Shown: in pieces, positions 56,559 to 63,969 of the stretch | Position numbering within the stretch: position 1 is the stretch's first letter | Layout: each line of letters starts with the position of its first letter | From: a virus | DNA length: 64,000 bases | IMG/VR virus record: IMGVR_UViG_3300029267_002600 | Location: 1 to 64,000 of that record | Strand: one strand, 5' to 3' | Position numbers and translations under genes: made by a program | The notes under the pieces: generated by a model | Databases searched by the model: none | Told to the model about the DNA's origin: nothing | What the model saw: only the letters and a program-made list of their open reading frames with translations

Positions 56559-57302
56559 ATGGCAGGAAATATGTATGCAGGAGTAAAGCCCATTAATGAT
56601 ATGGGTGGCAGATGCAAACATGAATGTGTCTATTGCAGTTCCATATTGCTTCGACATCAATACCCTGCAAGTAGAGAAAAATACAATGGAGAATACAGGA
56701 TATACGAGCATGAACTGAAGAAGAACTACAAGAACAAAGTATTGTTTGTTTGCGGTCAGAATGATTTGTTTGAAGCATCAGTTCCCGAAGAAATCATAGT
56801 CAGGATACTTGAGAGATGCAGGAAACGAGATCAAAGTAATCTGTTTATGTTCCAAACGAAGAATCCTGAAAGAATCAACGACTTTCATAAACTTTTACCT
56901 GAAAATCATATGATCGGCACAACAATCGAAACCAACCGAGAAGAATACATATCAAAATACAGCAATGCCTCATCAATAAAAGACAGAATGGAAGCAATGA
57001 TTCTTCTAAACTTTTTCGGGCATCCTATTTATATAACAATTGAACCGATCTTGGATTTTGACTTGGAAGAATTTGTGGAGATAATCAAAAGAATCAAGCC
57101 AGATAAGGTTTATATCGGGGCAGATAGCAAGGTTCATAAGTATCCGAAGATTTACAATAATTTGAAACTCCCTGAACCCAATGGAGAAAAGGTTCTCAAA
57201 CTGATTGAAGAATTGGAGAAATTTACGGAAGTAGAAATAAAGAAAAATTTAATTAGGATATTAAAAGGAAGTGGCAAAGATGAAGAAGGGAACAGTAACT
57301 AA
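56559..57302 (+). CDS. radical SAM domain protein (second)
   Basis: GGRCKHECVYCSS contains CxxxCxxC near the N-terminus. About 247 aa. Confidence 0.6.
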   Translation: MAGNMYAGVKPINDMGGRCKHECVYCSSILLRHQYPASREKYNGEYRIYEHELKKNYKNKVLFVCGQNDLFEASVPEEIIVRILERCRKRDQSNLFMFQTKNPERINDFHKLLPENHMIGTTIETNREEYISKYSNASSIKDRMEAMILLNFFGHPIYITIEPILDFDLEEFVEIIKRIKPDKVYIGADSKVHKYPKIYNNLKLPEPNGEKVLKLIEELEKFTEVEIKKNLIRILKGSGKDEEGNSN

Positions 57303-57855
57303 ATTTACGATAGACTTGGAAAGAGTTGAGCAAAGCGTATTTGATAGACTTCTAAAATTAGGAGAATTTGAATCATTGGGTTTCAGCACGAATAGATGGA
57401 CATTCCCTATAATTCATATCAGGGAAGTGGAGAAGATAATCGGAGATCGCATTTCTTTCGATATGAGATATATCAGGGAACATATTGTTGGCATGGAATC
57501 TGTTGAGGGTGGAAAACTATACATTACAAAGGGCTTGAAGGATAGTAAGGTTGAAGAAGTCTTGAAGATGAAAGACAGGGTAGAATCAATTCTGAAGCGT
57601 GATCCGAGAGCAAGGAATAGCGACAAATGGCTTTATCTGAAAGTTCTGGAAGATCTTGGTTATGAAATCTATGCGGATTACGGCGAAGTAACTAATCTTC
57701 CATCATGGGAAACGGTATCAAGAATCCGAAGGAAGTTCCAAGAGTTTGATATGTATCTGCCCAATCCAGAAATTCTTGCGGTCAGGAAGGAAAACGAAGA
57801 ACAAATGCGAAAGAACAACGATTGGTTTGGTATGGGCGAAGCGGAATACCAATAA
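57280..57855 (+). CDS. hypothetical protein
   Basis: ATG 57280 after GGAAGTGG. No family named. Confidence 0.55.
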   Translation: MKKGTVTKFTIDLERVEQSVFDRLLKLGEFESLGFSTNRWTFPIIHIREVEKIIGDRISFDMRYIREHIVGMESVEGGKLYITKGLKDSKVEEVLKMKDRVESILKRDPRARNSDKWLYLKVLEDLGYEIYADYGEVTNLPSWETVSRIRRKFQEFDMYLPNPEILAVRKENEEQMRKNNDWFGMGEAEYQ

Positions 57856-57930
57856 ATTTATATATCTAAAAATATATATCGGTTTGCTTGGAACATCTTG
57901 GCGCATATCCCAAGTGCAAAGGAATCCCAT

Positions 57931-57955
57931 CCCTTTATTTTTTTATTTTTTTTAA
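57931..57955 (+). terminator. oligo-T tract terminator candidate
   Basis: CCCTTTATTTTTTTATTTTTTTTAATT lies 75 nt after the stop at 57855. Confidence 0.4.
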
Positions 57956-58008
57956 TTCTTTAATGCCCCCCACCCCCCTATATTTCGTATGGAACTTTAT
58001 TCGATAGT

Positions 58009-58046
58009 AAATCGGGCAGTTGCCGATTTCGTTTGAAGCGTTTTTT
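58009..58046 (+). terminator. hairpin plus T6
   Basis: AAATCGGGCA / TGCCGATTT stem, then GCGTTTTTTG. Confidence 0.3.
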
Positions 58047-58051
58047 GATGA

Positions 58052-58071
58052 TAAAGTATAAATGTTTATAA
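58052..58071 (+). promoter_or_regulatory. putative promoter (TAAAGTATAA + TTTATAA)
   Basis: Third copy of the AAAGTATAA element. It overlaps the annotated ATG 58062, and the alternative in-frame ATG 58095 lies 25-40 nt downstream. Confidence 0.3.
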
Positions 58072-58994
58072 TGAAAATAAGGGTTGGAAATTTCATGAAA
58101 AGGGACAGAAGGGACAAAAAGCATTCCCTAAAGGCAGGGGATAAGAGCAGTATCCAAGCACAAGTTCATGCCTTTTTACAAGCAACATACCCTGCAAGTT
58201 GGATGCCCAAGATTATAGCGAAAGAACTTGGGCTTGATAGTGATAAAGATTATGAAACGGTTAAGAAAGGATGTCAGCGATTACTCAAATCTGGAGATTG
58301 CCAAAGACCAACTGGAATGAAAAGAAATTGGTATATGGGCATTCCAACGGCAGATAATGTAGCATCAATTGACGATCCCCCTGTTGAGATTCACAATTTA
58401 TCCTTTGTTGCCGAAATTGATGAGAAAATCATGAAGCAATTAAAAAAAGGGACAAAAGATAGGGGTAGTGCCACTCTTTTATATACTCAAAGGGACACAA
58501 TGAAAAAATTAGGCAGGGCGATTGAATACACCAAGCATTCCGACAGGGTTTGGTATCTCTACAAAACTTATTGGGTTGCAGATGGCAATCATTTTGATGT
58601 TAGTTTCCATTGTCATGATGAGATAGTTGAAGTCAATCTAAATGCAAGTAAGAATCCTTTATCAGAAATGCAGTTTGCAAGTTTTTACAGTTGGTTACAT
58701 GGAATGCTACAAGGATTGGGTGTAAATGTCCCAATAATTCAACTCAAGATCACAAAGGCAGAACTTAACAAAGATTATACAAAGATAACTATTACGCCGA
58801 AGATGTTGGAGATAAGGGAATTGCTGGAAGGATCGTGGTTGCGAATTTACCGTAAATATAGGAACTTACACAGATTGGAGATCGGAACGACATATGAGGG
58901 AGATAAACAACTGTATGAACTGTTTGAGAACTTTGGCAAAGCCAAGACAAAAGAAGGAAAGCCAATGATAGATGAGGGTGGAATGTTCCGTTGA
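58062..58994 (+). CDS. hypothetical protein with N-terminal winged-helix-like region (regulator/replication initiator candidate)
   Basis: AFLQATYPASWMPKIIAKELGLDSDKDYETVKKGCQRLLKSGD. The start could be 58095. First gene of a new transcription unit, 1.2 kb upstream of the iterons. Confidence 0.55.
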   Translation: MFIMKIRVGNFMKRDRRDKKHSLKAGDKSSIQAQVHAFLQATYPASWMPKIIAKELGLDSDKDYETVKKGCQRLLKSGDCQRPTGMKRNWYMGIPTADNVASIDDPPVEIHNLSFVAEIDEKIMKQLKKGTKDRGSATLLYTQRDTMKKLGRAIEYTKHSDRVWYLYKTYWVADGNHFDVSFHCHDEIVEVNLNASKNPLSEMQFASFYSWLHGMLQGLGVNVPIIQLKITKAELNKDYTKITITPKMLEIRELLEGSWLRIYRKYRNLHRLEIGTTYEGDKQLYELFENFGKAKTKEGKPMIDEGGMFR

Positions 58995-60154
58995 AAACGA
59001 TTGCCATAGATCCGAGCAGATTATCCGAGATGGAGATTTGCCCTTATCAATTTTTTTTAAAATATGAATATGATGCCAAATATCCGAAGGAATATCAAGA
59101 TTACGGAAATGAGCAAGAACTGATAGAAAGAAGCATCCGAGATCTACTATCCGAGCAGGGAACTGTAAAGGAAGTAGTTGCGAAGAATCTTGAGGAAATG
59201 GACAGGGTATTTCGCCCTGATTCTGTTAAGGAAGCGGTATTGTTGCTTGATAATTGGCTTGATAGAAGGCGATTTCAGGGCGATTTGCAGGAGATCAACC
59301 AATCTTTCACAGAAACATACACATTAGGCAAAGAAACGGTTGCTATTAGCGGTTTAATCCATCAAATAGAAAAGATAGAAGGCGAAGGCACGATCAAGGC
59401 AACGGTATTCAAGGGAGAGAACCGATTATACACACATGATTGGATGGTTAAGACTTACTTACCGATTATTTATGCTTTAGTTATCAGAAGGTTATACAAT
59501 GCCGATAAGATAATTATAAGTTATTTCATGATCAAGCACGATTCTGAAGTGTGGGTTGAGTTCAAGGATACAGATTGGGATTACATGAAGCGATTGGTTG
59601 CCATCCAGTTGAAAGGTTTGATGCACAGCAGGGGAGAGAAGGCGATCACAGGTAGCCATTGTGCCTACTGCCCCCGAAAGACCGTATGCAATGACTACAA
59701 GAAATTGATCATGGATGCCTTTGAGATAGAGAAGTTCCATGAGTTATTCAAATTGAGCATGGAAGAAATCATTGCGTTCATTGATGCCATTGATAGCCAA
59801 AGAACCGTTCTGAAGGGCAGATCCGAAGAATTGAAGAACATCCTGATCCAAGAATTGCTTGAGAACGGCAATGATTGTGCCGATTACGGTAAGTTTTCAG
59901 TTGGGATAGAGCAGAAGAAAACGATTGATTGTGATCTGGAGAAGATTCTGAAGGAAATCAAGCCCGATCTCCACAGCAAGATTACGAAAATAGACAGGAA
60001 GAAATTGGAGAAATATCTTGATGGCTTATCTGATGAAGATAAGGTCAAGTTGATGATGCATTGCAGTATCCGATTCTACAAGCCCAATTTGAGAATCAGG
60101 GAGAAGAAGGAAGAATTTGATAAGGGCAAGTTATCAGATTTGCTTGGATTCTAA
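58991..60154 (+). CDS. Cas4-like / RecB-family PD-(D/E)XK nuclease with 4-Cys cluster
   Basis: N-terminal Cys in MEICPYQFFLKYEY and C-terminal CAYCPRKTVC (C-x2-C-x5-C), the Cas4-type Fe-S arrangement. TTG start. Confidence 0.55.
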   Translation: MKTIAIDPSRLSEMEICPYQFFLKYEYDAKYPKEYQDYGNEQELIERSIRDLLSEQGTVKEVVAKNLEEMDRVFRPDSVKEAVLLLDNWLDRRRFQGDLQEINQSFTETYTLGKETVAISGLIHQIEKIEGEGTIKATVFKGENRLYTHDWMVKTYLPIIYALVIRRLYNADKIIISYFMIKHDSEVWVEFKDTDWDYMKRLVAIQLKGLMHSRGEKAITGSHCAYCPRKTVCNDYKKLIMDAFEIEKFHELFKLSMEEIIAFIDAIDSQRTVLKGRSEELKNILIQELLENGNDCADYGKFSVGIEQKKTIDCDLEKILKEIKPDLHSKITKIDRKKLEKYLDGLSDEDKVKLMMHCSIRFYKPNLRIREKKEEFDKGKLSDLLGF

Positions 60155-60177
60155 CTTACCTATAACTTACTTCAATT

Positions 60178-60320
60178 TGTAATACTGGCTATTTAATGGT
60201 ACATATAATTCTGAATTAAAGGTACATGAAATTAATTATGTGTATTACAAATTGTATTACAATCCGTAATACAACTTCAAGAATAATTGTATTACAAAAT
60301 GTATTACAAACTGTAATACA
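60178..60320. repeat. iteron array: seven copies of TGTATTACA / TGTAATACA in both orientations
   Basis: Direct copies at 60241, 60253, 60288 and 60300. Inverted copies at 60178, 60265 (CGTAATACA) and 60312. Two [direct, direct, inverted] modules with 12-bp spacing, set 47 bp apart. Confidence 0.85.
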
Positions 60321-60335
60321 AGATACTGGCTATTT
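60182..60335. repeat. 13-bp direct repeat ATACTGGCTATTT flanking the iteron array
   Basis: Copies at 60182-60194 and 60323-60335. Confidence 0.8.
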
Positions 60336-60583
60336 TCATCCCGATATATGACACAAGGGCAGAATAGTTTTCACCTATCGGGTATTATTTGCAGTTCCAT
60401 TTATAATACTTACTATTTGTTAAGCACAAATCTTAATCTAATTATCCATCATGGCTAAATGGAGTTAAATTAAAACTATGTGTTTTCGTGCAAAAAATGA
60501 ACTACATATGCAAACGACACACATCATATTTAAGGTTGATGTAATGCGTAAGTGCATTGAATCCGCATTGTTTAATTTGTTGA

Positions 60584-60612
60584 AAAAGTTTAAATAGAAC
60601 AGTTGTATTACA
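60584..60612 (+). promoter_or_regulatory. putative promoter with an eighth iteron copy as operator
   Basis: AAAAAGTTTAAATAG (TATA-like) is followed by TGTATTACA at 60604-60612, then GGAAGTGG and ATG 60635. Confidence 0.35.
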
Positions 60613-60634
60613 TTTGAATTAGGAAGTGGCAACA

Positions 60635-60808
60635 ATGGTTGAAGAAAATCAGAAAAAGGAAAAATTCTGCCCATTCAAGAAATCGGATTGTTTGGGCGAT
60701 CTTTGTGCGTTATGGATACCAAGATACAATGATAAAGGGATATGGGAAGGCGATTGTGCATTTGCAGTATTGGGGCAGGATGCACAGGAACGGTTGAATC
60801 TATTGTAG
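60635..60808 (+). CDS. small Cys-containing protein
   Basis: ATG 60635 after AGGAAGTGG. Track ORF 60626..60808. Confidence 0.5.
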   Translation: MVEENQKKEKFCPFKKSDCLGDLCALWIPRYNDKGIWEGDCAFAVLGQDAQERLNLL

Positions 60809-60817
60809 GTGAGCATA

Positions 60818-61105
60818 ATGGAAATAAAACTATTGAATATCATTGCAATGTGGTGTGATCTGGAAAAGGAAATAACTATTGTTCTCAAACACAAAACAAT
60901 CAATCAAGGGATTTTTAAAGGCAAGATTACAGCAAGTGGGGATGATTATATTGAATTTACAAGCAATGATGGTTTTCCAAAAGACATTGTAATTCCAATA
61001 GATGAAATCATGATGTTCATACCGAGTGAAAAAAATAAATCAATGCCACTTAAAAAAAAAAGATCAGGTAAAGATATTAGATGGGCAAAAAGGGAAGGGA
61101 AGTAA
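60818..61105 (+). CDS. hypothetical protein
   Basis: ATG 60818 after TAGGTGA. Track ORF 60809..61105. Confidence 0.5.
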   Translation: MEIKLLNIIAMWCDLEKEITIVLKHKTINQGIFKGKITASGDDYIEFTSNDGFPKDIVIPIDEIMMFIPSEKNKSMPLKKKRSGKDIRWAKREGK

Positions 61106-61321
61106 ATGGCAGAACAAAATCATGAATATGGCACGATTGGAGAACCAATCTTCATCTGTTCAAAGAATTTCAATCAACCAATCAAGCAATCATGTATTCC
61201 AGATTATCCATTAGATGAAACAGAACCATGTGGGCATCATCAAGCGGATCTATGGTGTATCATTAACGGTCATGTTTGCCCATATCTGATAATGGGCTTG
61301 AAGCCAAAGGAGAATGATTAG
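61106..61321 (+). CDS. hypothetical small protein
   Basis: ATG directly after the upstream stop. Confidence 0.5.
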   Translation: MAEQNHEYGTIGEPIFICSKNFNQPIKQSCIPDYPLDETEPCGHHQADLWCIINGHVCPYLIMGLKPKEND

Positions 61322-61350
61322 ATGCCAGATGAGAACAGGGGGTTGTGGGA

Positions 61351-61620
61351 ATGAAAACGCATTATATATTCGGCAAAGTGCCAGAACATATCGGCATTCC
61401 CAAGTTGGATACAACATGGGCGCAATGTGGTAAGGAGATTCCTTTAGATAACCTAACAAACGAATTGAACAAGGTTACTTGTAAGAATTGCTTGAAGGCG
61501 TTCATCAGCAACGAGCATTGGATTATCCGAGAAAGTAGCAGGGCAATATCAGAATCATCTAAAGAGATAAAGGAAGCACAAAAACAATTGGATAAATTGA
61601 GGGCAGGTGAATTAAAATGA
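61351..61620 (+). CDS. small zinc-ribbon-like protein
   Basis: CGKE...CKNC. ATG 61351 within track ORF 61345..61620. Confidence 0.5.
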   Translation: MKTHYIFGKVPEHIGIPKLDTTWAQCGKEIPLDNLTNELNKVTCKNCLKAFISNEHWIIRESSRAISESSKEIKEAQKQLDKLRAGELK

Positions 61621-62090
61621 ACGAGCATGAATATACTCCAGAATTTTACGAGTTGGTAACAGCAGATGGCAAGAGATATTTATCATATCATTGCTTTAGT
61701 TGTAATTGCAAACATCTAATCCGATCCACAGCAAACGAGATTGCAAGAATCAGGGCATCATTACGCATGGTGGAAAAGGCATGGCAACAGGATGAAGTTC
61801 TGATCCTGCATTGCGGTAAGAAGAAAATCCCAAAATATGAGGGGGATGGCATTCTCATTGTGATTACGCCCAAGACGATCATTCCAAAGAGAGAAGCGGA
61901 TAAAATCAGAAAGCGAATAGCCAGAATTATAGAGGAATTGCCATACGTTTATTATGACAATGAGGAAATCACATCCACCGAGAAGATGATTCTGGATAAG
62001 GTATTAAAGTTTGAAAACTTGGAAGAAAAGATTAGCAAAGCAAAGAAGGAATTGAAGAAAGATCTGGAGAAGTTGAAAAGGATTGATTGA
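61617..62090 (+). CDS. hypothetical protein
   Basis: ATGA overlap. CFSCNCKH...C. C-terminal coiled coil. Confidence 0.55.
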   Translation: MNEHEYTPEFYELVTADGKRYLSYHCFSCNCKHLIRSTANEIARIRASLRMVEKAWQQDEVLILHCGKKKIPKYEGDGILIVITPKTIIPKREADKIRKRIARIIEELPYVYYDNEEITSTEKMILDKVLKFENLEEKISKAKKELKKDLEKLKRID

Positions 62091-62091
62091 T

Positions 62092-62622
62092 ATGGGTAAA
62101 GAGATTCATAAATCAAGCGGTTGTGAAGTAATAGATAACGCCAGAAAAATGCAAAAAGAGGGGATTGCATTTGAAGAAATCGGGAAATATACCGAAGGCA
62201 ATTGTTCTGGCGATTGTGATAACTGCCAGTTCAATACATTCAAGAGGGATAAGCCCAAGATATATTTTCTATCTCATGGAGATCCAGAAGTGAAGATAAT
62301 CGAATATGATAATGTAGAAACCGAAGAACAATTCCAAAACATGATGGCAATGGCATTGATGATCGGCAATGAAGATGGATCATTCAATGATAAGGCATTT
62401 GGCTATTGGAATGGCATATGGTATCATTCAGTTCCAAGCCCAAAGGAAGATAAAGAAGAACAGGAGATACCCAACGAAATTCCCGATCAATGCTTGGCTT
62501 GTGATGGCATAGACTTTGATTTTGCATTCTTTCACGAAGGCAAGAAAGTAATCAAATGCATGGATTGTGGCAATTTACAGTATGAGAATCCAAAGGAGAT
62601 AATAGATGAAGGAACAGATTAG
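62092..62622 (+). CDS. hypothetical Cys-rich protein
   Basis: ATG 62092 after the upstream stop. CSGDCDNC, CLAC...CMDC. Confidence 0.55.
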   Translation: MGKEIHKSSGCEVIDNARKMQKEGIAFEEIGKYTEGNCSGDCDNCQFNTFKRDKPKIYFLSHGDPEVKIIEYDNVETEEQFQNMMAMALMIGNEDGSFNDKAFGYWNGIWYHSVPSPKEDKEEQEIPNEIPDQCLACDGIDFDFAFFHEGKKVIKCMDCGNLQYENPKEIIDEGTD

Positions 62623-63619
62623 GAACTGGAAGCCAAGACAGAAGATAAAGGTCAAGTATCAGATTGATAAGGGGCATTATGCCTATTGGGAAACCACAGC
62701 AAATGATCTTTACACAATCATTTCAGCAGTAGTAGATGCCTATATAAGAAAGGGCATCAAACTATCGAATAGGCAGTTATATTACAGATTAGTGGGCAAG
62801 GATCTAATACCAAATTACATTGAGATTTATAAACGAGTTTGCAAGTTCCTAACCGATCTCAAATACGGTGGATACATAGATTGGGATGCCATTGAAGATC
62901 GTGGTAGAGTTCCCAAGAGAAAATCAGAATGGGATACCATTCAGGATTTGATAGATTCAGCAGTTTCATCATACAGATTACCGAGATGGCAGGATCAGGA
63001 TTTCTACATTGAATTGTATTGTGAAAAGGAAGCAATGGAAAGTGTGTTAAGACCGATTGCCGACAAGTATCATATTTATTTCGGTTACAACAAAGGATAC
63101 AGCAGTTCATCCACCATGTATGAATTAGCGAAAAGGGTTGATAAGGCATTGGATGATGAAAAAATTGTAACAATCTTGTATTTAGGCGATCACGATCCAT
63201 CAGGGCTTGATATGGTCAGGGATGTGGAAGAAAGGATAAAGGAATTTCTGATGGCTTGGAGATATGGGCTTGATATTGATGATGAAGAATATCCAAGATG
63301 GCAAACAGAAGAATGGATTGACGATAATTTTTCAGTTGAAGCGGTTGCCCTAACAAAAATACAGATTGAGAAATACAAGCCCCCACCGAATCCTGCAAAA
63401 ATAACAGATCCAAGAGCAAAGGATTACATTGCCGAGCATGGCAGGATAAGTTGGGAATTGGATTCAATAGAACCTGAAATATTAATGGAGATAACCGAGA
63501 ATGCGATTTTGGATTATCTGATAGTGGATAGATACAATGCATGGATAGAGAAGGAGAAGGAAGAATCGAAGGCATTGGTTGAGTTTGGCAAATCATTGAA
63601 GGAATGTGATAAAGAATGA
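62606..63619 (+). CDS. Topoisomerase VI subunit A / Spo11-like protein (mini-A-like: 5Y-CAP + Toprim)
   Basis: LSNRQLYYRLV (catalytic-Tyr wHTH motif), ELYCEKEAMESV (Toprim Glu) and ILYLGDHDPSGLDM (DxDxxG). 337 aa and no partner B subunit seen. Confidence 0.55.
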   Translation: MKEQIRNWKPRQKIKVKYQIDKGHYAYWETTANDLYTIISAVVDAYIRKGIKLSNRQLYYRLVGKDLIPNYIEIYKRVCKFLTDLKYGGYIDWDAIEDRGRVPKRKSEWDTIQDLIDSAVSSYRLPRWQDQDFYIELYCEKEAMESVLRPIADKYHIYFGYNKGYSSSSTMYELAKRVDKALDDEKIVTILYLGDHDPSGLDMVRDVEERIKEFLMAWRYGLDIDDEEYPRWQTEEWIDDNFSVEAVALTKIQIEKYKPPPNPAKITDPRAKDYIAEHGRISWELDSIEPEILMEITENAILDYLIVDRYNAWIEKEKEESKALVEFGKSLKECDKE

Positions 63620-63969
63620 AACAAGAGGAAATTGATAGATTAATCAAAAAAGGAATCTTAATTCCAGATTATTTTTTGGAAGATAAATATGTTCTCGTAG
63701 AAACAAACGAAATGGTTGGCTTGGTAAAGAAATGCATTGATTTAAAAAGAGAAGGTAAAGAACCTGTTGTTGTATTTTTTGATGGATTACCTGTAAGAGA
63801 ACGGATTACAAGAGAACATTACACAAAAAATATGATAGAATATAGAAATCTAACGCATATTACAAGACACATAATAATTCTTGATGGAGATAGATTAACA
63901 ATAAATGAATATGAAGAATTAAAAAGAGAATGGAAAATCAAAAGTATAGTAGGTGATGGGAATGGCTAA
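63616..63969 (+). CDS. hypothetical protein
   Basis: ATGA overlap. 117 aa. Confidence 0.5.
   Translation: MKQEEIDRLIKKGILIPDYFLEDKYVLVETNEMVGLVKKCIDLKREGKEPVVVFFDGLPVRERITREHYTKNMIEYRNLTHITRHIIILDGDRLTINEYEELKREWKIKSIVGDGNG

Noticed and set aside
57966-57978. The C-rich tract CCCCCCACCCCCC (G-rich on the minus strand) as a G-quadruplex.
   Set aside because: It has only two G-runs, which is not enough for an intramolecular quadruplex. It is more likely part of the terminator/spacer region.
60178-60320. The iteron cluster as a miniature CRISPR array.
   Set aside because: The repeat unit is only 9-10 bp, occurs in both orientations, and has gaps of 2-3 bp and 13-16 bp. No cas genes are present apart from a stand-alone Cas4-like nuclease.
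29042-61214. Plus-strand out-of-frame ORFs embedded in larger genes (29042..29332, 30627..30812, 34374..34577, 41269..41478, 47651..47851, 49062..49304, 57746..57955, 61026..61214).
   Set aside because: They overlap longer ORFs that have clear protein features. They lack SD-like sites and have odd composition.
334-63647. All minus-strand ORFs listed in the six-frame track (60-208 aa).
   Set aside because: Each lies antisense within a plus-strand CDS that has better support: SD-like site, start/stop coupling, recognisable motifs, or membership of a paralogous family. Their translations are low-complexity Ser/Leu/Ile/Phe-rich strings, as expected for the antisense of AT-rich coding DNA.
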